Below, one piece after another: positions 1 through 12,810 of a stretch of 64,000 nt of DNA. The notes beneath the pieces are model-generated. The model made no database searches. It was not told where the DNA came from and worked only from the letters and a program-made list of their open reading frames with translations. The position numbers and the translations under genes were made by a program. Source of the DNA: Azolla caroliniana (taxonomy: Eukaryota > Plantae > Polypodiophyta); the NCBI GenBank assembly GCA_043228905.1, contig JBHGNT010000014.1, positions 15,748,001-15,812,000 of the forward strand, read 5' to 3'. The stretch's first letter is position 1. Each line of letters opens with the position of its first letter.

Positions 1-715
1 CCATGTGTAGTCCTCACCGGAGACACGAACACCAAGGGGCGTGAGTGACCATGAGCGGTCCTCACTAGAGACACGAACACCAACGGGCATGAGCGACCAT
101 GTGCAGTCCTCACCGAGAACTGGGACACCAACGGATGTGAGCGACCATGTACGTTCCTCAAGGGGAACTGGAACACCAATGGGTGTGAGCGACCATGTGC
201 AATCCTCACAGGGAACTAGAACACCAACGGGCATTGGAACACCAACGAGCATGAGAGACCATGTACGGTCCTTACTGGGAACACGAACACCAACGGGCGT
301 GAGAGACCATGTGTGGTCCTCACCGAAGACACGAACACCAACGGGCGTGAGCGACTATGTGCGGTCCTCACTAGAGACACGAACACCAACAAGTGTGAGA
401 GACCATGTGTGGTCCTCACCGAAGACACAAACACCAACGGACTTGAACCACCATGTGCGGTCCTCACCGGGAACTGGAACACCAACGGGCGTGAGCGACC
501 ATGTGTGGTTCTCACCGGGTACTCGAACACCAACGGGCATGAGTGACCCTGTACAGTCCTCATCGAAGACACGAACACCAACGGACATGAGCGACCATGT
601 GCGGTCCTCACCAGATACACGAACACCAATGGGCGTGAGTGACCCTGTACGATCCTCACCGAGAATCGGGACACCAATGGGCGTGGGCAACCATGTGCGG
701 TCGTCACCAAGAATT
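1..715. repeat. 48-bp tandem array, about 15 units, running off the left window edge; each unit contains a bulged hairpin
   Basis: Consensus is approximately GTGAGCGACCATGTGCGGTCCTCACCG(GGAACTGG/AAGACACG)AACACCAACGGGC. Units start at about 41, 89, 137 and 185, then 251, 299 ... 683 after an 18-bp internal duplication near 229-247. The 16-aa periodicity of ORF 41..742 confirms the 48-bp period. Confidence 0.95.
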
Positions 716-719
716 CAAA

Positions 720-1335
720 CATTTGACATCGATGAAGGCTAGGGAAAGTAGTGTTGATGACGACACCAAGAGGTGTTGAAGATGATGATGTCGAAGACGA
801 AGCAATGAAGACAATGATGTTGAGGAAGCGTCTTTGGAAGTAATGATTGTGACTATGGCAATGATGGAAATAGAGACGTAGATGAAGAGGAGAAGAAACA
901 CAAAATTCGAGACGTTGAGGATGAAAAGAAACACAAAAATAGAGATATAGAGGATGATAGAAAACACAATGACAGGGACGAAGATCATAAGAAACACATA
1001 GATAGGGATGATGATGATAAGAAACACATAGATAGAGATGAAACTGGTAGGAAACACAAGGAGAAGGATGACAATGAAAAAAAAACGCAGAGATAGGGAT
1101 GATGATGATAAGTAATACGGAGATAGATATGTGAAGGATGAGAAGAAACTAAAAAACAGAGATGATGATGAGGAGAAACTAAAAGACAGAGACAACGATG
1201 AGAAGGAACTAGGAGATAGAGATGACGAGGAAAATAGGAAATGAAGGGATGTTGATGACAGTAACTCTGGAAGCAAGGACGGCGACGATGGTAACTCTAG
1301 AAGCAAGGGCGATGACGAAGATGAGCGATGCTTCT
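720..1335. repeat. Degenerate purine-rich low-complexity repeat (GATGACGA/GAAGAAAC motifs), probably retroelement-derived
   Basis: Recurrent ~30-36 bp motifs such as GATGATGA..AGAAACT..AGACAGA. It lies between the 48-bp array and an LTR end at 1355. Confidence 0.6.
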
Positions 1336-1354
1336 AGTTGGAAGGTATTCAAAC

Positions 1355-1864
1355 TGTTACGGACACACCAACCCTAGACTACGAGGGAGCACGAATGACG
1401 AGGCTACGACTGATAAGGTTACGAACGTGGAATTGAACATGATGAGGCTAGAAACTCGGGAAGTTGGGAGCAACGAAATGAGGAACTTAAGACACTAGGA
1501 ACAATACAAGAGCATAAAGACAAATATGTAAATCAAGGAGAGAAGATGAGGCTAAACAAGAATACTAGATTGACGTGTCAGTGACTGGTGTTGAATCCCT
1601 TGAAAGGGACCAAGAAGGTTACAAGTATTTATACTCTAAGTTGAAATACATGCATTAGAATATTTTGAAGAATATTCTAGAACCTTGGAACTTTGTAGAT
1701 GTCTGGAGAGTATACCTAGATCATGTACATCTTATACAATGATATGTAGATCAAATTTATCTTATATAACGCTTATATGAAGATGGTTGAGCATGGTGTA
1801 TTGTTTGTGTGAGGTTATAAGTTCAATCCTCATCAACTATATATTTTGTCATTGTATTATGACA
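1355..1864 (-). mobile_element. LTR copy, same family as 3236-3723, opposite orientation
   Basis: Termini TGTTAC...TGACA. Bases 1543-1661 are the near-exact reverse complement of about 3451-3568 (CTGGTGTTGAATCCCTTGAAAGGGACCAAG core). No clean TSD was found. Confidence 0.8.
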
Positions 1865-2699
1865 TCAATCCAAGCATACAAGCGTTCCTCTAATTCAGGA
1901 TATTTTCCTTTTGATCCTCTTTAAAGTTTTTTTTCTTGTAGTGTGATCTTTTGTTGAACATGCAATCATATCTCATCATTCTTCTTGATCAAACTTCTAA
2001 TAGTGTTCACTTACACCAAATTGTCTACCTATGTAATGAAGAGAAGGAGATGATGGTTGTTCCACTAACTCCAAAATTTGTAGCCTTTGTTCATCATTCA
2101 AACGAAGTCCAGCACCTCGCTTATGGGTTGAATTCATCTCTGTAATATGCAATGCTAATTAGCTAAATTCACCTCAACATTTTGTCCCCTACCAATCAAA
2201 TGTAGATGTACAAAAACCTTTCGAAGGTTTACACTCTTTGACATTTAATGCATACGACCCTATTTAAGTTACAAATAGCTTAAAATTCGTAGACGAATGA
2301 ATTGGGTCGTCTCCAATTAAGTTGGAGTATTATCCATCAAGGAGGCACAAATGTTAGGATGTGGATACAATCTTGACCTAATTTCGTTGAAACTTTGCTT
2401 TGGAGCAAGACTAATGTTGTGAACCACAAAATGAATTGAACTTAGATGTTCCAATGCTACCATAAAATAGGTTGGGCATGGATCTATGACGAGGAATCTA
2501 ATAAGCTATTAATCGATTAGTTTATTAATAGCTTATTATGTGAAGTAACATGAAGGGAAAGCTATTGATGGATTAATCGATTAATAGCTTATTATATGGA
2601 CATATGTACATGAACGGAAAGCTTTCAATCCATTTTGTGGATTCAAAACCCTACTTATGGATATTTTTCTTACCCTATTTCAGCCAAGTATTGTGAATT

Positions 2700-4058
2700 G
2701 GATGTTCCTATCATGAGGACACCAGGAGCCGAGAAATCGTTCATGAAGACAAGTGAACAACCACGACGGTCCACCCGAGAGAAGAACCTAATCAGTCGAT
2801 TCGGATACAATGACTACATGGCAATCATTATGCTTTTACGATGAAGGTGGAGACAGTCTAAGAGCCAGAATATTTTTCCGAAACTGCGAAGGACCCGGGA
2901 TGGGTTAAAGTGATGAATGAGGCGATGCAAGCACTCTCTAGAAATGAGACATGGGATCTTGTCCCCACTTCGCACCATCAAAAGGCAATCAGATGCCAGT
3001 GGATATTCAAGGTGAAGCAAAATGCCGATGGCACTGTCAATCAGTATAAGGCTTGTCTTGTGGCAAAAGGGTATGCGCAGACGCACGGAGTCGATTATGA
3101 AGAAACCTTTGCCCCGGTGGTATAGATGACAACCATTCGAACCGTGATCGTCCTTGCAGCAGCCAAAGGGTGGCACTTCCACCAAATGGATGTGAAGAAT
3201 GCCTTTCTTGGATTCAAGTCGAGTATGCATCTGATTGTCACAAGCATGACAACAATTATGTCAAGTTTTGAATTCTTGACCTCTTGTATTATAGTCAACT
3301 ATTATATTGTAACCAACACATCCAAGTACATAATCGTTTTATGTATATCTTCATAGATGATCTATTCACATTCTAGGAGTTTTTTAGAAAGTTCTAGAAC
3401 TAGAAGGTTCTAGAGGGTTCTAGAATATTCTCCAAAATATTCTCAAGGATATTCTAATGCATGTACTTCAACTCACAGTATAAATACTTGTAACCTCCTT
3501 GGTCCCTTTCAAGGGATTCAACACCAGTCATTGACACATCAATCTAGTATTCTCGTTTCGCCTCATCTTTGTCTCCTTGATCTTTATTTCTGTCTTCATG
3601 CCCTCATGTCGCTCACAACATCTAGAGTTCCTAGCCTCATCACATCTAGCTCCAAGTTCATCTGTCGTTCGTAGCCCCATCATCTATGCTTCGGCCTAGT
3701 CCACGCTTCATGTGTTCGTGACACCAACTGATGTCTGTTGACTCAAAAAGCCTCTCTACCGATAGATGATCAACATTAGGATTCATCTTCTCCCTCGGCA
3801 GTGGAGCAATATCGTAGAGTAGTAAGGAGTCGACAGCCGCACTGTCGAGCATAGAGGTTAAATACAAGGGCACAGTCATCGCCACATGTGAAGTCGTTTG
3901 GCTCAAAAGAATCTTGAAGGATCTGGGCGTTCCCACCAAGGATCTAATCTCCTCTACTGCGACAACATTAGCAGCATCCACCTGGCCCGCAACCCAGTAT
4001 TCCACACTCGGACTAAGCACATTTAGGTGTATTATATTCGAGAGCGTGTCCTAGTTGG
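2700..4058 (+). mobile_element. Decayed Ty1/copia pol fragment (RT and RNase H), interrupted by a solo LTR
   Basis: Copia motifs [86 protein letters not shown]. There are stops and deletions. Confidence 0.9.
3236..3723 (+). mobile_element. Solo LTR inserted in the copia RT
   Basis: TGTCAC...GTGACA inverted termini and a TATAAATA box near 3479. The RT reading (M-H-P-T-D-V-C-x-L-K-K) resumes across it. Flanks are CTGAT and CCAAC. Confidence 0.85.
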
Positions 4059-4084
4059 CGATGTCGACCTACAACACTTATTTC

Positions 4085-4425
4085 TCTTGTTAATATACAG
4101 TTTTCTGGTTTTCTGTATAGTATGCAATGAAGGCATGGTAGAGGATGAATGTCACTTGCTCTTCACATGCTCGACATATAGTGCAATTCGTTCAAGATAT
4201 GTTGACATACTAAGAGGGAGTGATAACTTAAGATCCATACTTAAGACACAACTTAGAAGCTTGAGCTCATATGTGTATGCTTTATTAACACATAGAGACT
4301 TTGTGCTTCAACATATGAATACCCCTTCTTAGGAATGAGACATATATCAAGAACACATGTATACTCTGGTCCCATAGGTCAAAATTGGCCTCTTTATGGA
4401 CGATAAAAATTCTAATTCTAATTCT

Positions 4426-4430
<5 letters not shown>
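4085..4430 (+). mobile_element. 5'-truncated LINE 3' end (family A) with zinc knuckle and (ATTCTA)n tail
   Basis: CIVCNEGMVEDECHLLFTCSTYSAIRSRY is a CCHC-type RT zinc-binding motif. The 3' stem-loop GTCCCATAGGTCAAAATTGGCCTCTTTATGGAC is followed by (ATTCTA)3 and then a (CT)n tract. Confidence 0.85.
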
Positions 4431-4484
<54 letters not shown>

Positions 4485-5029
4485 TCTACTGCACAGAATC
4501 ATATCCGATTCTTTACACTTAATGTTAGCATTTGTTTCATACAAAAAACCTTGTTGAACATAAAGATAAACAATGCCAATCATACGGCATAAGTAGAACA
4601 AATGCATTACAAATATGAGAAGTTTTTAATGTATTCTATGTATTTAACATATATAATGTAGTATATGTATTTAACATATTCAATGTATTCTACGTATTTT
4701 ATATATTTTATCTTTAGAACACATTATACGTATTTTTAAAAAAAAGGTAGAGTGCTTTTAGAATACATTGCATATGTGTTTATGTGTATTAACTTTATTT
4801 CTACAATTATGCTCTAAGGCACACTTTTTACACACAGCAGAAGATGAATTCATCATCATGCTAATGTATAAGGATATACATCTATCGCATGTGCTCCGCT
4901 CTTGATAAATCAATTGCAATTTGTTTTATGTCAAGTAGAGATTAAGGTAGATAGATATGCAACACACACCTTTGGAAGAGAGGATTTGCCAATTACGGCA
5001 CCACAAAGAAGAACTGTAAGAACCTTATG

Positions 5030-5915
5030 TTTGTCGCCACATTATTTTTAATGAAATGAGAGGGCAATATCATTGCCCCTTCTGGTCCATTATTCAAGAT
5101 AATGGAATATGAGGACCAATAGTGTGTGGGTTTGCTCTTATCAGAACTCAAGAGACACAAGCAGAAGTTGTTGATGGACAACAATACAACACACAAGCTT
5201 ATCAATAAAGCACAAACACAACTTCCTTTGCCCCAAAAGTCCTACTTATGTTTCAAGTCATTTAAGGGTTACAAAATTTGGGGTCTCAACCATGACGCTA
5301 TGAAGGGGTTAGAAGAAATCGATCAAGAAATAGCAATTTGCCATGCATGTGACCTCATTCAATCGGGCATTATTAGAACTCAAGAGACACAAGGAGAAGT
5401 TGTTGATGGACAACAATACAATCACACAAGCTTATCAATAAAGCACAAACACAACTTTCTTTGCGCCAAGAGTCCTATTTATGCTTCAAGTCATTTAAGG
5501 GCAACAAAATCGGGGTCTCAACCATGACATTATGAAGAGTTTAGAAAAAACCAATCAGGCAATAAGAATTTGCCATGCACGTGATCCTAGCTCTATAAAT
5601 CACAATCTCACCACCCTTATCATCAACAAATGAAGGCCATTATCTCCCACCATTGTAATTGCTCCCTTGCTTTAACAGTTTTTTAATCGTAGATCAAACC
5701 ATAAAGATCTTTCAAAGATAAAAATTACAATATATTTGACTTCATCTTACATTATAGATAACAAGATTCTTTACTCACTTTTTTATTTACTTTTTATGTA
5801 CTTGTATTTTGGTTTGTTGTTCTCAAAGACAAGACAACATTTCAAGATGTAGTCTCTTGTTTGGTCATATGGGCCATTTACGCCTCTTAAAATATATTAA
5901 TAGATATTTCTCTCT
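5030..5915 (+). mobile_element. Decayed 3' part of LINE family B with an internal ~230-bp tandem duplication
   Basis: Homologous to 34045-34773(-), 50140-50622 and the ORF end at 63950-64000 (GAAATGAGAGGGCAATATCATTGCC; ELKRHKQKLL). Bases ~5143-5360 repeat at ~5376-5585. It ends in GGTCATATGGGCCATTTACGCCTCTTAAAA. Confidence 0.8.
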
Positions 5916-6099
5916 ATTTGTATTGAGGAAATAAATCATACTAATTAACTAGATGAACCTTTTGAATGTTTGGGTTTAAAGCATGAGCTTACAGTTACTA
6001 GCAAAGATTTGTGCACTCATAGTCTCACATTGTCATTTGAGTAAAACTTCAAAAATAAAGGATCTACTTTAAAGAGATGCAACTATAAAATGCACGGAT

Positions 6100-9000
6100 G
6101 TTAGGAAAATAGAATAATGTAATAATGGTAACGTGAACTTCCATTTTTCAAAAGAAATGTTTCTTGAAGAGTGACAATAGATTTGCTCTTTAATGCCATC
6201 ACAAATACTTCCACTTCGAAGATTAGCAACAAAATCAAACTACTTGATACCCCCACATGCTTAGCCCCCATGGATGTTTTCTCCTTCTTTAAGATTTGGA
6301 AAGGACCCTTCAAATCATATTAGACGTGTTGGTGCTCAAATTATATTCAAAGCTGTAAATGCGACCATATTCAATGATCCTAAACCTTTATAAGAATCAA
6401 AAGGTTAACCCTTTAATGGAGTAATTTGCTCAACTAGACTTAATGCCATTTACCAAGGGGTTGATGTGAGCTAGGTTGGAATATGTTTTCAGTTACCTTG
6501 GAGTTCACTTTCATATGTATTTGGTCAATTTCTTTTTCTTTGAATCATAAAAAATTATATGTAGCATGAAGAGAGGCATTTCATTCTATTAATTAATAAT
6601 TGCATCCCATCCCATGTTTAGATAAGAAATAGATTGGCGGGAGTAACATCTTGTTGTAAACCAAAGAGGTAGTGGCGAAACAAAGCTTATTCCTAATAGA
6701 AAGTAGTGAACCCCGAACCAATCACGATACATTTTTGAGAGGGAATGGTTTGTTCTTAGGACATCCCCGTCTTTCATCAAAGAAAATTTTCATTTTAAGT
6801 TACTCAAATTTCATTCACCCTCACTAATTAAAATGACATTCTTTCACGCTCCAAGGAAAAGTTTCTCTCTTTGTTGAAGTTTTCAAATAAGAAAGGTTAG
6901 TATTTACTCCAAGACGTTCTTGCTTTGAATCCATGAAACAAGGTTTGCTACAAGTTAAATGAGTATAGGAATGTATATAGTGTGATTTCTTTGTTATTAT
7001 CATCACACTTGATTGGAACATTCAAGGTGTTATCTAATATAAACAAGGGAACTATGAACCAAAGAAAGGATAGAGTGTTGCTAGACCACCCAAAGAACTC
7101 CTAGCAACAACATGAGACAAACTTGAACCTCCTTCATGTCCCATACCATCTAGGGTTGAGATCAACTCTTATCCATGCAACCGTATACCTCAAATTTTGG
7201 AATAACAAATCTAAAAAATATTAATTTATGCTCTTGGCAACATTAAAGGTGCACCTTCAAGGATTACTAGGGACATCTTATTTGCACCAAGTTGGATTGG
7301 CCGACTATATGTTACAATGAGGCAATAGAGGCTTTGTTTGATGAATGAAGATAATTGAGGTGGAATGTAATCTAACTTAAATGTTTTTTTGTTAGCTTCT
7401 TTGGGCAAAACATGAAAGTATATGGTGGGCAATTTGAACTAACTAACGTTAAGTTAACGCTACACAAAAAATAAACACACAATTGAATCAAGTTAAGTTT
7501 TAAGATTTCAACGGAAAAGCAAACCAACTAAGGAAGTATGGAATCAAATTGGTTTCAAATTGGTTCAATAATGAATTAACGGATAAAGTTCCAACGTCAT
7601 TGGAGAAAAAAATGAAGGCATGAAGTTTACAAGACATATCCCACCACTTTTCGATGTTCTACATAAGTAGCACAAAACACGTCAAATTTTATTTTGTGTG
7701 TGTCTCCGTTGACTATATATGCATCAACTACACTTTTGCACATTAAATCACACATTTATTAAGCAAGGCAGAATGTGTTTATGTCATGTGTGTGTACATG
7801 TTGTCACTATAATGTTATAAATCCTGCTTCTGGCTCAAATACATGTTATAACATTGTTAAACTAAAGGATTTCTTGTTTAAGTAACCTCTCTATTGTGCA
7901 AGTTGTGTATACTTATTTGATTAACATTGCTTTTTGGGCACTATAATAACATTCTCTTTCGATTGCTTTGCTTGTTCTTTGTCACTCCTTCCTGGTCATC
8001 TTGACATTTGTATAAAGTTCCACTTCAAAATAGGGAGGTTTGGCTATCGTTTATTGCTAGGCAATACAATCATTCTCACTTAGATTTTATACTTAGAACA
8101 CATGCCCTACTTCCATGTCCTACTTCCTAAGTCAAAGTAGATGGGTACCCTATGAGTATAGGAAAAGCTAAATTTTTATTCTATTAGGGTCACCACTAGT
8201 GATGCCAAGATAATTCTTAACTAATATTCACTTATCTATTACATTATTATTAAGTCAATTGGTGGTTTCCACATGGCCTCAAAGTACACCGAAGCCATGT
8301 GTTTTCACACCATATATTCATATTCTAGTTCGTAGATTCAAACATCCAAATATCACATTGGAGTTTTTATAAATCCAATGCCATTAATATTGAACTACAC
8401 ACTTTCGATAAACGAGTCAGGTGAAGCTTGTAGCACTTGTTCCTATAAATATCTAGAGATTCGTCTTAATGCTTGGAATGTACTTCTCTAATCCCAATTA
8501 CTTGATATCGTAACCAAGCCAATTGATTCATCTTTCATATTCAAATGGAGAAAACCATTCATGTTTTTAATGTCTTTATGGATAATGAGATTCGTTGTAA
8601 ATATTCGATGGTTGTAACCTATATTTATCTAAATCTTGCCTTCTCTTAGATAAAAACCACGTGCTCTTAGCGTTTCATTTTTATTGAGAGTCATAAATTT
8701 TACACTCCGAAGTTTGGACGCAATTGGTCTATATCCAATAATAAATTATCACTTTATGAAAGGTTCAACTAGTTTTGACGGATGTGACTAAACCAAATGG
8801 CATTAGTGCCCAAGCACATTTACAAGTAATGTGCATCATCAACATATACCCACCAAGAGCTTAAAAAAGGGACAAGAAATAGTACAAAAACCTATCATGC
8901 ACCAAAGTTTGATAAAGACATTGGATCCCATTTTTTAGACAAAGTTAATGTACCGACAATAAACATCTCACAATGAATATAGATCAAATTCAGGATGCTT

Positions 9001-9890
9001 ACGTGGTGATGATGTGCAATCCATGAGAGCATCATAAAATCCCATTGCCTCTTCCAATTGCTTTGAAAGTCGTCCCAATGAAAATGATGTGAATGCTCAT
9101 CTCAGTCCTATTGGAAAGATGTGAATGTTCTAACATCCTTCCCTTGATTTCTTCTCAAATAAAAAATGGAGCTCAATGTATCACAAGGACACAATCTATT
9201 GAAATATCGTAGTTTGTAGAGAGATCACTTCGACATTATCTATTATAGTGCAAATCTTTCCAATTTCTTCTCAAGATTCATTTCTTGATATCCTTGTGAT
9301 CAAGTTTGTAATGAAAAGAAGATTATAAAGTTTCTTTCTAAGAAATCACACATAGAATGCTCACAAGTGGAACACTTCACTTCCAAATATTTTGTCTTTG
9401 CGAAACCAATAACCTAGGCATCAATAAACTATCATCAAGTATATAATTCGTGATCCAAATTAATTGGCAGAACTTGATTGCATCTCCTCTCAGAACATTG
9501 ATACCAGAGTTACTCTGGTTCATTGTAGAGTTGACTAATCCATGACTTGAACAACCCCATATGAAAACGAAATATCACACCCATGATGCCCCAAATCGGG
9601 CATGAAGCTATAAAGTGAAGAATAGCTTGTTATGAGAAGGACACTTAAATTTGTGCACAATAACATGTGAACAAGTTCTAGTTTTTGGATGTATGCTACA
9701 AGGAAGTTCCGAATGCAACTAGAAAAAAGCAAAATAGAGGTTTGTGTCCATAACACAACCTTGTACACTATCACAAAGCCTAACGTGTTCTAAATCATAG
9801 GCATTGAGGTTGGATTAGCGATGACATTGGCTACGCGAATCCACGATAAGCCATGATCAATATTCTCATCTCTCTCATTTTCAAGCAAAC
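6100..9890 (-). mobile_element. Heavily eroded retroelement remnants: gypsy-like integrase region near 6.1-6.8 kb and possible L1 RT near 9.0-9.9 kb
   Basis: Only scattered motif-like words (KGPFQI, DDSLL, NAYDLEH) in broken frames. Boundaries are uncertain. Confidence 0.3.
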
Positions 9891-10794
9891 TAGGTTAAGT
9901 GGTAGTAGTTAGAATGATAGAGTTAATGGGAACAATGTGGCAACAAATTAGTTTTCAATGTGGACTATGGTCTATGAGGATAATGGTGAATGGAAACCAT
10001 GCAGTAAAGCGAAACGATCATGAAGATAATGTCGAGTGGCAAAGCATTCCAACACATCCATTGGTGCCTACAATTGATTTCGGTCCACTTTAATGTTCTC
10101 TCATGGGGAGGTCCATTTTAAGTAGATTCCAAGTGGGCAATTTTATGCCATGCCATATTGCATGTTAAATGGGCTAATGTATTCTCTTCGGTACATAGTT
10201 TTGTATATCCATTATCTTTTGATTTTGGCATCAATTCCTATATTCTGTCTCACTTTGAAATGCAGGATATCCTTGCACCGAACGATCATGCCATTGTGAT
10301 AAGAAAAAAAAAAACAATTTCAAATGATCAGTCCCACGCTTTTATACTAGGATCCGAAATGTCTGAATCACGAACTACAAAAAGATTAAAAAAATATGCT
10401 CCACTGCAACAATTCAAAGACAGCACACCATGTACTTTTATTTTTCTATAGCTTGCATAGCCATAATTCACCTTTTAAAGGGTATTTGATGCTCGACGCA
10501 AAACATGCAATAGCAACCAGAGAAAGATTGTGTTCGAAAATGTCACTATATCATTAGGAACACATAATGATAGAAAATCCATTCAGACTAAGGAGCATAT
10601 ATACATCATGGCTATCTCAAGAAACTTTTTAACAGATAGATTCATAAGTGAGCCGGAAATACATTACATACAATATAAAAAGGACCGTTATTGTCCAATG
10701 ATCAACAAATCCTTGCATTGATACATCCTTTCAATGTTTCTTTCATAAGTATTTAAAGAGTCAGATACATAGAAAAACACGTAGATAATAATAA

Positions 10795-12373
10795 TTAACA
10801 GCAGTGAACATCCCGACGAGCAGCCTTCAAAAAACATTTGCAAAGTTGCTTCAACATTTCCCGATTGGCTTCCCCTTCTTTGAAGGAAACTATAGCTTCA
10901 TTGACGATCTCCGTCTAAAAATGTAGAAGAAAAAGTGAATAAGATTAACTGAAAAGGAAAAATGGCATTAACTCGGATTTTATTTAGAACAAAACTGAAA
11001 TTGGATGTGAACAAACACGCACCGGCACAATGGCCTTAAAGTTACAAGATGTAAGTATGTCTAGAGTGATGTCCTCGGTGAATTCCGGATGACCTTGAAT
11101 GCCTAGCACATTTTCTCCTATTGCAAAGATCTCGATTTTCGTCTTTGCAGATGATGCCAACACTTCTCCACCAGGTGGTAGCTCCAAAATCTAGCAAAAA
11201 AAAGACTAAAAACTCAATTCAAACCTGAAGCATAGAAGGAAAAGGCATAAACTTCATTTCAGTCAGAATATGCAGAACTTCAAATTTGGCAAGGAAAGCA
11301 ATCCCCAGATATAGAAAGCATAAGTCCCTCAAATTCATATCAATGTCTAAAAGAAAGAAGAAATCAAATGCGGAAAGATGCTCTCACAAATCGATTCATA
11401 CGAAAAGGAAGGACTTAACTTAAAGGACATATACCTCATCTTGATGAATCTCAATTATGCTCAGTGAAGGTGGTAACTTGAGGAGAGCATAGGGCTTGGA
11501 GTAGATAGCCTCAGCAAAGGTAATCTTCTTCAACCCACATTCCCACCCATTGACCGCTCGCCCAGTCTTCCCTCCCAGAGCTCTGCTTATCACCTGTAGT
11601 AGTATCGATACGATAATTAAAAGAAGCATTGCACAAATGGATAAGAAACACTATGAGATCATTCAAAAAAGAGAAGCCACCCATCCATATATGCTCACAA
11701 CTTGACTCATCTGACCTACCACTTGAGTCACATGATTCACCCCTTAAAACTCATTAAGTTGCTTTAATTCACATTTCTACCACATGTGTGTAAGTTTCTT
11801 TCCACAATTCACATTCCTACCACAAGTGGTAAGCTCTCTTCCCACAATTCACATTCCTATCAAAACCAGTCATACAAAATCCTTTCACGATCTTCTTCGA
11901 ACTTACATACCATAATTCACATTCCAAATACAGTAATACAAAATTCTTTCACGATTTTATTCGAACTTACATACCACACTTTAGTTCGCTCCGCTCGCTC
12001 ATTGTGAAATTCAATTTTTGTTTCTCTTTTTCTATATGTTTACCTGATGACCGAAGCAAATGCCCAAAAGCTTCTTCTTCTTGGCATATATAATTTGAAT
12101 GAGGTCACAAAGCTTGAGGACCCAAGGCTCGGAGCCATGTGCATCATGTCTACTCCCAGTGATGATAAAACCATCATATCCATCAAGAGCTTCTTCACAT
12201 GGGAATTCGCTGTCGATAATGCTGAATATGTCCCAAGTCTCATTTGGCTCACCAAGCAACTGTTGGAAGATAGATGCCACTCCATTGTATTGTTTTCTCA
12301 CATATTCAGAAGCATGGCCAGCAAGAAGAATGGCAAATCTAAGGCTTTTGGTGGCATTAGCTTCTAAAGGCAT
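10795..12373 (-). CDS. Class I glutamine amidotransferase-like / gamma-glutamyl peptidase (GGP-like), about 258 aa, 4 exons
   Basis: Exons 12373-12044, 11593-11435, 11190-11023 and 10914-10795, all GT-AG and phase 0. Motifs DGFIITGSRHDAH, LLGICFGHQ (catalytic Cys), HQDE and GIQGHPEF (His-x-Glu). An alternative ATG lies at 12388. Confidence 0.93.
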
Positions 12374-12420
12374 GGTGGGAAGGCCCATCAACACGAGGGA
12401 AATAGAGACAAAATGAGAGG

Positions 12421-12453
<33 letters not shown>

Positions 12454-12810
12454 AGGTCTCTAATGGATGAGGAAGGATACTTTTTGTTCTGTTTGTTCTA
12501 TGAAGAAACTGAAAGGAAATGAGGGGTATTTATATGAGCAACTTGGTATCTTTGTGGGTGAGTAGTTATAGTGCAGAGAATCCATTCAAAACTTAGAATA
12601 AAACAACTGCACCACAGAGAAAAAGAGGAAGGAGGAAGAGGAGGAGGAGGAGGAAGAGGAGAAAAAACAATGTTAAAAAGGAGAATTTCCTGGTTTTCTT
12701 TTGCTATAAAAAATATATATATATATATATATATTCTTAACAAAAGGCGAGCGATCCTGAAGCACCAAAGAAAGGTGGATTCCTCCCTCTTCCCATTACA
12801 GATCAATACC

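Noticed and set aside
1-715. CRISPR-like array of palindromic repeats with linkers
   Set aside because: The linkers are homologous to each other rather than unique spacers, there are no cas genes, and the context is eukaryotic.
41-1306. ORFs 41..742(+) and 704..1306(-) as real genes
   Set aside because: They are explained by in-frame tandem and low-complexity repeats. There is no domain or splice support, and the starts are GTG/TTG.
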